The notes under the pieces: generated by a model | Told to the model about the DNA's origin: nothing | Seen by the model: the letters and a program-made list of their open reading frames with translations, nothing else | Databases searched by the model: none | Assembly: GCA_001275005.1 (NCBI GenBank) | Contig: JWZX01003121.1 | Coordinates: 1-34,293, forward strand | DNA: 34,293 nt | Reading direction: 5' to 3' | Origin: Chrysochromulina tobinii | Lineage: Eukaryota | Shown: positions 10,501-19,500 of the stretch, in pieces | Layout: the number at the start of each line of letters is the position of its first letter | Position numbering within the stretch: the stretch's first letter is position 1 | Position numbers and translations under genes: made by a program

Positions 10501-12038
10501 CGAATGATGTAGCCAAGCACGGGTCGGATCGCCTCAGGAGGTTTGGGCACTGAGAGCGGAGGCGCAATGTGCACGTGGAGCAGGTATGTTCGGGTGGTCA
10601 GATCCTCCGCTACAACAACAATTCGAATGACGGCGACGGCCTCTGGGTGGAAGTGCTTCATCAAAGCTTGCTCGTTCGCATCATTAGCAGCAGCCAGCGC
10701 CGCATACTGATTGCCAGAATCGCCACCCTCGCTCTCATCAGGCTTGGTATCCCCGCCTTTACCTCCCTTGCCCTTCTTCGGCGACTTGCCCCCCTTGTCC
10801 TCCTTCGGCGCTTTACCCCCCTTGTCCTTCTTTGGTGGTTTATTGGATCCAGCTTTTGCGTTATCCGGCTGGCCCGCATTCGCGTCGTTCACGGATGCCT
10901 CAGGTGAAGTACTATACAAGCTCAGGCGAGTGACAACCTCAAAGTGTAGCTCAGACTCAGCCGGTAGTAAGAAAGAGGCGAGGTACCCCAGATTTACCTT
11001 GCGCCTGGGACCATCACGAATCGCCGGGCGCAGGCCCATCGCCTTATAAAGTGCAGCAAAGTGTGCCGGCGTGCTGGCAGCGCGGCTGAGACCAAGCTCT
11101 AAAAGTGCAGTCTCAAAAACGGTCTGGTCCACCAGCACCGCGTCACCCTCAGCATCCGCCGAGCCGCCGATGCCTCGAGGGCTCTCAGGAGGGCTTCCTC
11201 GAGGGCTTGTTGAACCACTGGCTGACTGCGTTTCCAAGTACTTGCGGCAATATGCATCCAAATCGACGAAGCTTGCCCTCAAGAAGCTTAGTAGCACCGG
11301 GTTGACGGTGCTCATAGCTTGTCGGAGCCCAATCTCGTGTTCGCTCAGCACGATCGCTCGTGGATCCTGCGCCGTCGCCGCGTCGGGATCAGCGCTGCCA
11401 CTCTTCTCGCCGCCATCTTTCTTGCCCTTCTTGCCACCCTTACCCTTCTTGCTGTTGAGTTTTGCCTCGAGCGCTGAACTTTCTGCACTCGTCGCTAGCT
11501 GCTGCTTTGCACGTTGCCATCGCTCGATCGCAGCACGCCCAACCAAGGCCGCCTCCTGGAACTGGTTGTGCACGCTGATTGGCAGCGGTGGCATTTGCAG
11601 CTTGCCCTCGGCACTTACCGAGCGCTGCCTATAGCGTGTCCGCACGATCCATCCACGCACCACCGATTGGATGCGGATGAGTGCTGGTTTTGACGGCGTT
11701 GGCAGCGGACGACAAGCAGTAAGATGAAGGAGCTCGACCATCTTGCACAAGGACTGGGATGCACTCGCATTCCAGCGATAAATGCGCACGGTGGAGCGGC
11801 GACTTCTTGCCACCGCTCGCACGCTCACGCACTTGGAGCCAGGTGGCAGCGCGTAGCGGATGCGAGTGACAAGTGGAAATTCGGGTTGCACATGTTGCAC
11901 GAGTGGCTCAGCAGTTCCATCAGCGGCAATCACCGTGAGCGAAAGCAATGCGGGGTCCGACCAGCTCGGTGGAAGTGGATCGGGTCCACGGGGCGACTTT
12001 GAAGCACGACCACGAGAAGGTGACTTCGACTTTGGCAT
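7515..12038 (-). CDS. Large (~1450 aa) IQ-motif protein with EF-hand-like helical C-terminal region; probable intron 10101-10277
   Basis: Long ORF; likely start MPKSKSPSRG at 12038; IQ motif IRIQSVVRGWIVRTRY; Lys/Gly-rich linkers; C-terminal LTRIEFMCAIVRVA and LPFEGFLEALCRFA helices. Confidence 0.8.
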   Translation of the reverse strand: MPKSKSPSRGRASKSPRGPDPLPPSWSDPALLSLTVIAADGTAEPLVQHVQPEFPLVTRIRYALPPGSKCVSVRAVARSRRSTVRIYRWNASASQSLCKMVELLHLTACRPLPTPSKPALIRIQSVVRGWIVRTRYRQRSVSAEGKLQMPPLPISVHNQFQEAALVGRAAIERWQRAKQQLATSAESSALEAKLNSKKGKGGKKGKKDGGEKSGSADPDAATAQDPRAIVLSEHEIGLRQAMSTVNPVLLSFLRASFVDLDAYCRKYLETQSASGSTSPRGSPPESPRGIGGSADAEGDAVLVDQTVFETALLELGLSRAASTPAHFAALYKAMGLRPAIRDGPRRKVNLGYLASFLLPAESELHFEVVTRLSLYSTSPEASVNDANAGQPDNAKAGSNKPPKKDKGGKAPKEDKGGKSPKKGKGGKGGDTKPDESEGGDSGNQYAALAAANDANEQALMKHFHPEAVAVIRIVVVAEDLTTRTYLLHVHIAPPLSVPKPPEAIRPVLGYIIRYYGEMVTTSIVHAAMAHSIFNIGSRNAREKAQATSVAAGTTQLGEHALALERFMSCCSQLGIATTEIARAAFLQVSRQRPGALLGASATWVAIFFAFVRSLSRTPLLTRCSHRWTYDHEVVLELVVMKLTHLQYNLNAAASLGNRCMRGESIVLQQLSSPVRLPQEADHYLVTGTLAAGHALDEVNVEADAKNTAKSSWNRARHAAFANHLQRMRSLALRIIADGRTQSRRLVQNVNHGRSLATKLWFLPSDDEPGHDYDVDGLYDEDEEENVVIDARRPHVTNAAAKNQRDTPKEHAASVPELYARKEPFHLQFPLEQTASTAGIIQRAKVPEIPLEYKKHSSRQRVTRDALDGMLTELRMTEMMRIKAGAGSSGRNQAPTHRVAPSRPLQQAAAPGVKAADSTAPHSQLLMEKTWAWQTFPESAASPKQRSRRTLQQPPHLPARPEISVAHFRDIESYSPHELSRESDDTRAYLDHLTSVWLEPQPGEEADLVRREKLRRSGARPGGYGLPSSNAMLAQKQQKLTLARRWYAIPSRPPPYGFFEVQVTPFSLRKSIWAPRERWCDAKDFYDNEEVLFKRFSNEWRRVLRHNVMRTIFRFDGDAATNHDSEGIPEEYEEVGAILLIHHQLINLAFSYYCKAALSSEDDVDLVALDGWTRFANDSKLFVNDSEHCKRVDIDLIFSEAVAMGEARQHTSENALKSETATTIEKKDEKNRQSGLTRIEFMCAIVRVALSRYLLSGVTTNMSVALEQLLVSDVSPTLQPSLSAPDEFRRGHCYTQEVHDVLTKHEMSLRVIFDGLDALTNTRGQLGKLCSFEVWRGFLRSLGLIGENSGPSKSVSAYCFLWSIMCVIDGQTVGGRLKEKHLPFEGFLEALCRFAAIAPLPTDDEIRDAELPDAGVFVAHLKREKPAMFEVFQTERTGKWNSPPRQPIHRCLEHLLQIIFRRIEGSDETPSEGATRTTNVRISAIEFFTWAKDNSMPGAMHELQTKQK
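10101..10277 (-). other. Probable in-frame, stop-free intron (177 nt)
   Basis: Donor CAG|GTGTCA; branch/acceptor CTGACTCATCTGCAG|TAC; its translation is compositionally atypical. Confidence 0.6.
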
Positions 12039-12273
12039 GCCACGCCTGTCAGCTCCTGGGCGTGGAGAACGGACGACCACAACGTCGTCCGAGACCCAGC
12101 CAAGCAGGAGCGCCCCACACCTCGAACGCAACGAGGCGCCGGGCACGTTGCGGAAACGTAACGGAAAATGCGTGCAGTATCGCTTGGTGCTCTTATAAAC
12201 ACGGACGTTGATCCGAAGAGTCACCATCTTTGTGGAATGCAACACACTCATAAAGCGCCGTGCCGGGCTGCCC

Positions 12274-14697
12274 ATGGCGGCGGCGTCGCTCCTTCGCGAA
12301 GCGACAGCGAAGCGCACCTTCGACGCTCGCGAGGCGGTGCATTTCGACGACGCATGGCAAACATCAGCCTACGACCACCTTTGCTTTGCACGCAAGAAAT
12401 GGGTTCTCTCTGTGCAGCAGCGGAGCGGATTGCCCAGGCTCAAGGAGTTTGGATCAGCCGCGTTTCAGCGGTACCCACTCCGCGTGCAGCCCGTGGCCAA
12501 CCTCACAAGCGCCCTTGGCGAACAGTCCGCACGCTGTGAGTATGGAGGTACGACCTTCGTTGCAGACTTGCGGCACGGCGGCGGTGCAACCATGGGCATC
12601 GCTCACTTTGCCAAGCGATTGCTGAGGCTGCACGGCATTCTCCAGCAGCCGTCCGTCTACGGGCTGAAGAGCGTCGACCGCATCGCCTTTCCAGCCACGT
12701 CAGCCGTCCATCTTGCACACTCGTGGCCCTCATCAATGCTGAGGCTCGTGGCACCTCGGGCCGAAATTGTGCCTGTCGACGCACTGATAGCAAAGCCAGA
12801 TGGCTGCTGCTTCCATACCGTCGTCACCGCCGCTCGAGAGAACACGTACTTTGTCAGGCGGGCAGACTCGGACGCGCTTCGCAGCGCCGCTTTTGGCGCG
12901 GCGCAAGTGGCGCAGGCTCGTCCTGCGTGCGCGTCCTTGCGCGCTTGCTACTTCCAACGGTCCGAGGGCAGCACCGGAGGCCGATGGGAAGGAGGCGCTC
13001 GCGTCATCGTCAATCGGCAACTGGTGCTCGAGGCGATGTTGCGCATCCTGCGCTCGCGGGCTCCAGACGGGCGGGTGGAGCTCGTTAATGCCAACTCAAA
13101 TCACACCTTCTCGCAGCAGCTGAGCGTCTTCGCCTCGTGTGACCTGCTTGTCTCAGTCCACGGCTCACAGAATGCCAACATTATGTTCATGCGGCCTGGC
13201 AGCGCCTTCATGGAGCTCAACCCGTACAAGTTCTTCTACTCGTCCTACGAGGAGCTTGCCACTGTCAGCGGCGTGCTCTACCTGCGCTCGCGCGATAATT
13301 CGATCGCCACGGCTGACACGGTCACACACAGTGCCAAGAAACGCGAGGCGTTCGAATCCAAGCGTGCAGCTTTCCTACGCGAATTCCGATCCTGGTCAGA
13401 CGAACGGTGCCAGCAGCACTCGCGCTGTCGCTCGCTCTCGCGCAATTTTCCCACGCTGATCAACCTGACGGACCTGGAGATACATTTTAGGCACGGCGTC
13501 GATCACGTCGTGCGCTCCTTCCCGCGACCACCCAGCTGCCCTCCGATGGAACCCACCATCGCACCCATGCCCATCGCTGCCGATCAGACCCCCGTGCCGC
13601 CGCCCGCTGGCCGGCCGGGCTGGCGACGCTTATTCTCAGGTGGCAAGGGTGGTGGCAAGGTCGGTGGCAAGGTCGGTGGCAAGGGTGGCGGCAAGAGCGG
13701 CGGCGGAGGCAGGATGGGTGGCAGCCGTTACAACACTGGCCCGGCCGACGGTAGCGGTAGCGGCGGGCTTCGCATCGCCGTTTGCGTGGGCGGCCAACTC
13801 TCCCGCCTTGAGATCGACTCAAAGGTCGAGAATGTGCTCAAGCCGACGGCGGCGACGCAGCCGGACGCTCTGGACCTTTTTTTGGCGCTCGAGGTGGGAG
13901 GGCATCTCTTCTCGAACTTGGACTTCGGCGCGATCCTCGCGCAGCAGGGCAGCAGTTGCGGCAAGGAGATCTCGCCAGACGAGGTGCGGCGGCGCTTCGC
14001 GCCCTTTGTCGCGGGCACAAGCTTCTCCAACCACACCACCCGCAGCATCGATCTTGCCGATTGGAAGCGTTACCGCAAGGACCGCCCGGCGGCGGAGCGC
14101 ATGACGCGCCTGCAGCACCACCTCTCGCAGTTTGCGCACATGCGCACGTGTGCTCAAATGATCGAGCAGCGCGAGATCGCCACGCACTCGCACTACGATG
14201 TGATCCTCAAACTCCGAGACAACACGGTCGCGGTCGCTCCCTTCGTCATCAGTCCGCATCACGCAACCGGCGGTGCGCGCACCAAGAAATGCGTCGAATG
14301 GGGAGGATACAATGACAAGGCCATGGTGTTGCCACGGCGATTCGCCGACAGCGCGTTGCGAGGGCCCTCTGAGGACTTTTTCCTCATCAAGGACCTTGGA
14401 CGCGGGATCACCAACTCGGAGCGTCTCCTGCGGGCGGTCCTCGACCGTCGCGGTGTGCGCGTGCAGCGCGTGTCGGCGGAGGACTTGCCACTTGTGGATG
14501 GCCGTTGCACCCCCCAAGGGTGGTGCCTCGTCGAGGAGGGCAAGGACTGCCGACCGGCGACGTGGCCATGGCCGGCGAGGCCTTGCGAGGAGCACAACAT
14601 GACGGCCACGCAGAAGGAGCTTTATCTACAGCGCTTCAGGCCTCGCAGTGAGATTGCGCCGCACATGGTCGCGGGCGTTTCCATGAATAACGCTTGA
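12274..14697 (+). CDS. Glycosyltransferase family 61 (DUF563-like) domain fused to a second putative glycan-modifying domain
   Basis: GT61 signature TFSQQLSVFASCDLLVSVHGSQNANIMFMRPGSAFMELNP; second domain LRIAVCVGGQLSRLE...YDVILKLRDN...GGYNDK...NSERLL. Start uncertain (in-frame stop at 12196). Confidence 0.8.
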   Translation: MAAASLLREATAKRTFDAREAVHFDDAWQTSAYDHLCFARKKWVLSVQQRSGLPRLKEFGSAAFQRYPLRVQPVANLTSALGEQSARCEYGGTTFVADLRHGGGATMGIAHFAKRLLRLHGILQQPSVYGLKSVDRIAFPATSAVHLAHSWPSSMLRLVAPRAEIVPVDALIAKPDGCCFHTVVTAARENTYFVRRADSDALRSAAFGAAQVAQARPACASLRACYFQRSEGSTGGRWEGGARVIVNRQLVLEAMLRILRSRAPDGRVELVNANSNHTFSQQLSVFASCDLLVSVHGSQNANIMFMRPGSAFMELNPYKFFYSSYEELATVSGVLYLRSRDNSIATADTVTHSAKKREAFESKRAAFLREFRSWSDERCQQHSRCRSLSRNFPTLINLTDLEIHFRHGVDHVVRSFPRPPSCPPMEPTIAPMPIAADQTPVPPPAGRPGWRRLFSGGKGGGKVGGKVGGKGGGKSGGGGRMGGSRYNTGPADGSGSGGLRIAVCVGGQLSRLEIDSKVENVLKPTAATQPDALDLFLALEVGGHLFSNLDFGAILAQQGSSCGKEISPDEVRRRFAPFVAGTSFSNHTTRSIDLADWKRYRKDRPAAERMTRLQHHLSQFAHMRTCAQMIEQREIATHSHYDVILKLRDNTVAVAPFVISPHHATGGARTKKCVEWGGYNDKAMVLPRRFADSALRGPSEDFFLIKDLGRGITNSERLLRAVLDRRGVRVQRVSAEDLPLVDGRCTPQGWCLVEEGKDCRPATWPWPARPCEEHNMTATQKELYLQRFRPRSEIAPHMVAGVSMNNA

Positions 14698-14812
14698 ACC
14701 AATCTGTTCAAACGGGAAATCCCGCCGGCGCGGTTGCGGTGTGTATGGTCAGTGACAATACCCACGCCCATCCTCCGCCCTCGGGTTTCCCTCGGGTGCA
14801 CACTTAAGTGCA

Positions 14813-14865
14813 CACCTAACTGAATGACACTTGACTGAATGACACCTAACTGAATGACACTTGAC
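14813..14865. repeat. 15-bp tandem repeat alternating two variants (30-bp higher-order unit)
   Basis: cacctaactgaatga / cacttgactgaatga / cacctaactgaatga / cacttgac. Confidence 0.9.
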
Positions 14866-15769
14866 GGTCGAACGAGTTTGAAGCCCCAGGCCCCCAGCTG
14901 AAGTTGTACATTGAGCTCGCGTCCTTTCGTTACTTCCCCGGCCCACGGCCATTAACACGGCCACGCCCACCGCCGGCATGCCACCGCGCCGGACACGCAA
15001 TCGAATTTAGCGTGTCGGTGCGGGCGACACGACCGACGACGGCGAGAGAGGCGACGACCGCAAACCGCCTCAGGGAACCGCCTAACCGCGGCGCCAAGAG
15101 GCAAGAGCGAGAAGGCCGATTTCTACAGTTACGATGTGATGCGTGAATTTCGGTCTGTCGGGTATCCAATACCGTGAGGATCGGTCGGGAATCAAATGCC
15201 ATGTATGTCCCTAAAGCAAAAGATCCTATTGACAGCTGCTAGCTAGTATGTGACCAAATTCCAGAGCGTCGGCGTTGTCACTCGATAAAAAAGGAAAATC
15301 CAATCGTTTACGGGGTACTCTGAGCTGCGCACTTTCCGGGCTCGCACGTCATTCGTGGGCGCACTCGCAGGCATTTTGCATGCGCTGCTGCTCCGTCCGC
15401 CTGCTTTTCGTCGCCATGCTCGCCACCCAGCACACCGACTTCGAATCCTTCGCCAATGCGCTCGGTGGCCTTCCGAATCAGCCGCCCGTTCCGATGGAGT
15501 GCGAGCCGTCGCCGAGTCCCATCGATGTGGACACCAAAGCCATCGTGCAGCAAGTGGTCGATGTGCTGCTGAAGCACAGCCCTTCGCCCTCGGTGTATCT
15601 CGTGTTGTGGTGAGGTGAAGGAGGTTTGTTGGAACCCAACATGTCCTGACATGTCTGTTTCTAGAGATTAAAAATGTCTAAAGTAAAACGAGAAGTTCGG
15701 GACAAACGAGATTGCGGGGAAGAGAAAAAAGAGGAGAATCGAGATTGCGTTGCTATCAGTCCTCGCGAC

Positions 15770-18097
15770 ATGGCGGCGCCCTTGGCGATGACGGCGCATC
15801 TCCAAGAGCCCAGTTCGTCGCAGCAGGGCTTCGGCCGCCAGGGCTATGGCTCACATCAGCAGCTCGCCAGCCCGCAGGCCGCGCACGCGCAGGTGGTGCA
15901 GGCGGTGCAGACAGGCCAGGCCGGCCATCCAGCGATGCTTCAAGTGCAGTTGACACAGGCGCCTTTCGTTGCTCTGCCAGGCGCGCAGCTGACACAGGCG
16001 CCCTACTGGCCGGTGGATATGGTCGCATACCCGTCGAGCCCGACCTTGCTCGAGCGCATCATCCACCAAGTGCACTACTACTTCTCAGCAGAGAATCTTT
16101 GTCGCGATGAGTTCCTACGAGGCCACATGGATCAGCACGAAGGCTGGCTACACATACAGTTGATCGCCTCCTTCAATCGGCTGCGCAGCCTCACGATGGA
16201 TGTCAATCTCGTCGCTGAGGCGCTGCGCCTTTCGCCGGAGCTCGAGGTGTGCAATGGCATGGTGCGCAAGCGACATGACTGGCAGCGCTGGCTGGTGCCA
16301 CAAGCGCAGCTCGGCGGGCCAACCTCGCCGACGCCGTCGTCGCCTGACAGCAGGTCGGATCCAACATCTCCGCTTGTTCGCACGGGCTCGACCGGATTCT
16401 CGCGCGTCACTGAGGCGCCGTCGTTGGACTCGACAGCGAACGTGATCCATGGGCAAACGGAGACCATGCAGCCGTCGCGCTCATCGCCGGCCTCGCCCAA
16501 CACGGCGCCATCGCACCAGCACGCGCAGGCCGGTGCCAAGCCTACGCACCAGCAGCCGCTGTTGCCGCCGTCGCTGCATCAGCAGCCGCAGCCGCGGCAG
16601 CCGCAACCGCAGCAGCTCAAGCAAAAGCAGCAGCAAAAGCAGCTGCAGCAGCAGCAAAAGCAGCAGTGGCCACGAGCGATGCTTGCTGTGGAAACGCCGA
16701 GCGTGGCTGCCGGCGGCGAGGCAGCCGGTGAGGCGCCCGTGCGGGGTCGAGATGCGGCAACGTCCAAGCAGCAGTCGAGGTTGGAGCCAAGGTCGGCCTC
16801 CTCTCGGAAAGCAAGCGCACCGTATGCGCAGCCGTCGTACGAGACGCGCAGCGCAGGCTCCGCGCAGGGCAGCAAGCTGCCATCGTACGGAGCGACAGCC
16901 GCAGCACACGGGCTGCCATCGAACGCTGCGTCGCGCGGGGGGCTCGAGGCGGCGGCAGCAGCAGGAGCAGCAACGTCCAGGCAGCGACAGGTACCACCTG
17001 CGGGCAGCTCCGGAACCGCTTCGGGTCAGTCTACGAGGCCGTCGACGGCAGAGGGCAACAGCGCAGGCAGCAGCGCAGGTAAACGTGCCGCGGCCGCGGC
17101 GCCGAGCGATCTGGATGAGGCAGAGGAGCTCGCGCTGCTGCAGGAGTGGCAGCTGCTCGGGAACGGCTCTTCCCTTGCCGACTGGCGTGCGGCGCACGAC
17201 TTGTGGGTCGAGGCGCAGCTCGGGGGCGCTTTGAGGGCTGCGGCGGCGCGTGAGCAAGAGGAGCCGTGGGAGACGGCGCCATCGAACCGTCGGAGCGCGC
17301 GCAAGGGCGGCCCTGGCGATCGAAAGGACTCCGGCAACGAGAGCGAGATCGGAATGGAGATCGGAGTGAGCGCGCTGCATCTGAAAGACGCGCCGCCGCT
17401 TTCGGACCGCTCTTCCAAGGGAGAGGTGCGTGGGAGCAACCAGAGCAAATGGGACGAAGGGCACTCGGACCAGACGACCCTCCTCAATGATGAGGACTGG
17501 TCGTCTTTGTCCGCAGGCTCCGCAGAGGACCCACGACCGAGCTCGCCCGATGCGCACACGGACGGCACCCCTACATCCGGGTCTGTTTTGTCTCCGGGAC
17601 GTGAGAAGCTCGGTGTGAAGCGATCTCCGTGCAAGACCAAGCCGGCGGACAAGGCCGGTGCTCCCCCGTGCAAGCCGCACGTGCTGCGCGAGCTGCGCGA
17701 CGCGCCGCTGCTCGAGTCGCGCGGCTCGGCGGCCTCGATGCTCGCAGCGATTGACCTCGACCTTATCGTGTCAGTCACGAGCGCTGCGGCCGCAGTCGCC
17801 TCGCGCTGTGCGGGCGCGCTATACGAGCGATTGCTCACGCACACGCCGCGCACGCGCGCCCTCGTGCTCAAGCACGGCGCCGAGCGGCACGCCCAGATGG
17901 CGCTCGTGCTCGTGGCGCTTCTCTTCCTCCTGCTGCTACCCACGAGCCGGCTGCCGCCTTCGTTGGGTGAGCTCGTCGCTCCACGCTGGCTCGAGCTGCC
18001 GATCGGGCTGATTCTGGGGCTCAAGGTGAACGACCTGGGCAATAAGCTCTGGACGATGTGCACACCATGCCCCACGCAGCATGGGCGCGCCGGATGA
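15770..18097 (+). CDS. La-motif (LARP-type) RNA-binding protein with Gln-rich region and C-terminal hydrophobic helices
   Basis: IIHQVHYYFSAENLCRDEFLRGHM...GWLHIQLIASFNRLRSLT...ALRLSPELEV...VRKR is a La motif; likely start MAAPLAM. Confidence 0.88.
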   Translation: MAAPLAMTAHLQEPSSSQQGFGRQGYGSHQQLASPQAAHAQVVQAVQTGQAGHPAMLQVQLTQAPFVALPGAQLTQAPYWPVDMVAYPSSPTLLERIIHQVHYYFSAENLCRDEFLRGHMDQHEGWLHIQLIASFNRLRSLTMDVNLVAEALRLSPELEVCNGMVRKRHDWQRWLVPQAQLGGPTSPTPSSPDSRSDPTSPLVRTGSTGFSRVTEAPSLDSTANVIHGQTETMQPSRSSPASPNTAPSHQHAQAGAKPTHQQPLLPPSLHQQPQPRQPQPQQLKQKQQQKQLQQQQKQQWPRAMLAVETPSVAAGGEAAGEAPVRGRDAATSKQQSRLEPRSASSRKASAPYAQPSYETRSAGSAQGSKLPSYGATAAAHGLPSNAASRGGLEAAAAAGAATSRQRQVPPAGSSGTASGQSTRPSTAEGNSAGSSAGKRAAAAAPSDLDEAEELALLQEWQLLGNGSSLADWRAAHDLWVEAQLGGALRAAAAREQEEPWETAPSNRRSARKGGPGDRKDSGNESEIGMEIGVSALHLKDAPPLSDRSSKGEVRGSNQSKWDEGHSDQTTLLNDEDWSSLSAGSAEDPRPSSPDAHTDGTPTSGSVLSPGREKLGVKRSPCKTKPADKAGAPPCKPHVLRELRDAPLLESRGSAASMLAAIDLDLIVSVTSAAAAVASRCAGALYERLLTHTPRTRALVLKHGAERHAQMALVLVALLFLLLLPTSRLPPSLGELVAPRWLELPIGLILGLKVNDLGNKLWTMCTPCPTQHGRAG

Positions 18098-19500
18098 GGT
18101 GTGTCACCGGCCCGCCGGCTGCGCCAGAGACGTGTTCGCACGACGTTCAGCTCGTGCCGCTATGGGTTCTGCACACACACGACGGCTACAACGACGGCTC
18201 GCCACTGGCGCGCCCATCGCTATTGATTGATGGGTTGGCGCACTCATGTTAAGGATAAGGAGGCTGCACTCCCACCCTGTGGGAAAGGAAGAGGCACACG
18301 CGGTTAGCATCGCCGGGGCTGTGGGCATGGACGCATGGGAGGCGGTTCGGCGAGCCACAGCCAAACGCATGATTTACGCCGCCAAGGGGCGAGAGGCGGT
18401 GAAGCACGACATGATGAATGCCGAAGCGTCGAAAATAGAGAGATGCGATCAGGGTGGTTAGCAGGATGGCAACGGCCACATGTCATATGAGATGATCCAT
18501 GCGAGATGATGTATGCGAGCATGCGGTTGCAGCGCGAGCAGTTCCGTGTCGCGCGGCGGCTAGCATGAAGCATGGCGAGCCGTCCGGTTGCGTTGCACAG
18601 AGCCGGCATTCGTATTTATTTATTATTCGGAAGGGGGGCGACGAATACCCAGCAATATGGCGACTATCTTTCGGCGCGCTTACACGTTTTTGCGTCACGT
18701 TACGACGAGCGTCCGTTATGCGCTCGTTAAAGTCCGGTTATCGACGCCGACGGGATAATACACGTAAAGACGTAATTATACCGCCGCCCTCGACGCGGCC
18801 GCGACCCGGGACAACGGTCGCCGGTCCGCCGGGCGGGGGGGGGCCGGGTCGCGTTATCGGCCTATAGCTGTATATAGCAGGAGCCGGACGCGGGAGGCCG
18901 GAGCACCGGGGCGCGGCGTTCATCCCACACTTGTACTATCTATAGAACTAGTACGCCGACGGTTGCCAACCACGGGGCGGCGCGGCGCTATCTCTCCAGT
19001 ACCGCTACCGGAACGCCGCTTCGACACTGGTCGAGCTTCTCGCGCTACGCCTTCTTGGCCTCCATTTCTCCATCGATCCGATCATCGATGTCCGGGCCTC
19101 GCTGGCCCCCGCTGCGGCGGGGCGCGGGCGGTGTCGGCGGACGCGTGCGATGGCGCGTCGGCGCGGCCATGGGCGCGCCGCGCCGCGCCAGTGCCGCATG
19201 CACCGTCCCGGCGTGCCCCGCCGGTCCCGCCACCGTGCGGCGAGTGCTTGTGGGTTCCTGCCGTGCCACGGTGGTAGCCCCGTGCGCGTGCCGTATCGCA
19301 ATCGGCATGGCGCGGACCGCTCGGCGCTCGGCTTTCGACGTTAGATCGACCTCATGACATTCGTCCGAGTGTCAGTTCGCGGTCGTACACTACCATGTTC
19401 CGTAACGCGGGGCCGCGAATTGGATCCAAACATGCGGGCGGGCGCGATGACGGTCGGCAGATGCGCGCCGTGTTCGTCGCGCTCGGCGAGCCATCGACGT

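Noticed and set aside
12208..12317. Apparent head-to-head overlap of the 1600-aa and 829-aa ORFs
   Set aside because: Arises from GTG/TTG starts in the ORF track; likely ATGs at 12038 and 12274 leave a ~235-bp divergent promoter.
14813..14865. Possible CRISPR-like arrays (also 32746-32799)
   Set aside because: No unique spacers, no cas genes, eukaryotic context.
18752..18763. 12-mer gggataatacac shared with 23450-23461
   Set aside because: Matches of this length are expected by chance in 34 kb; the flanks do not align.
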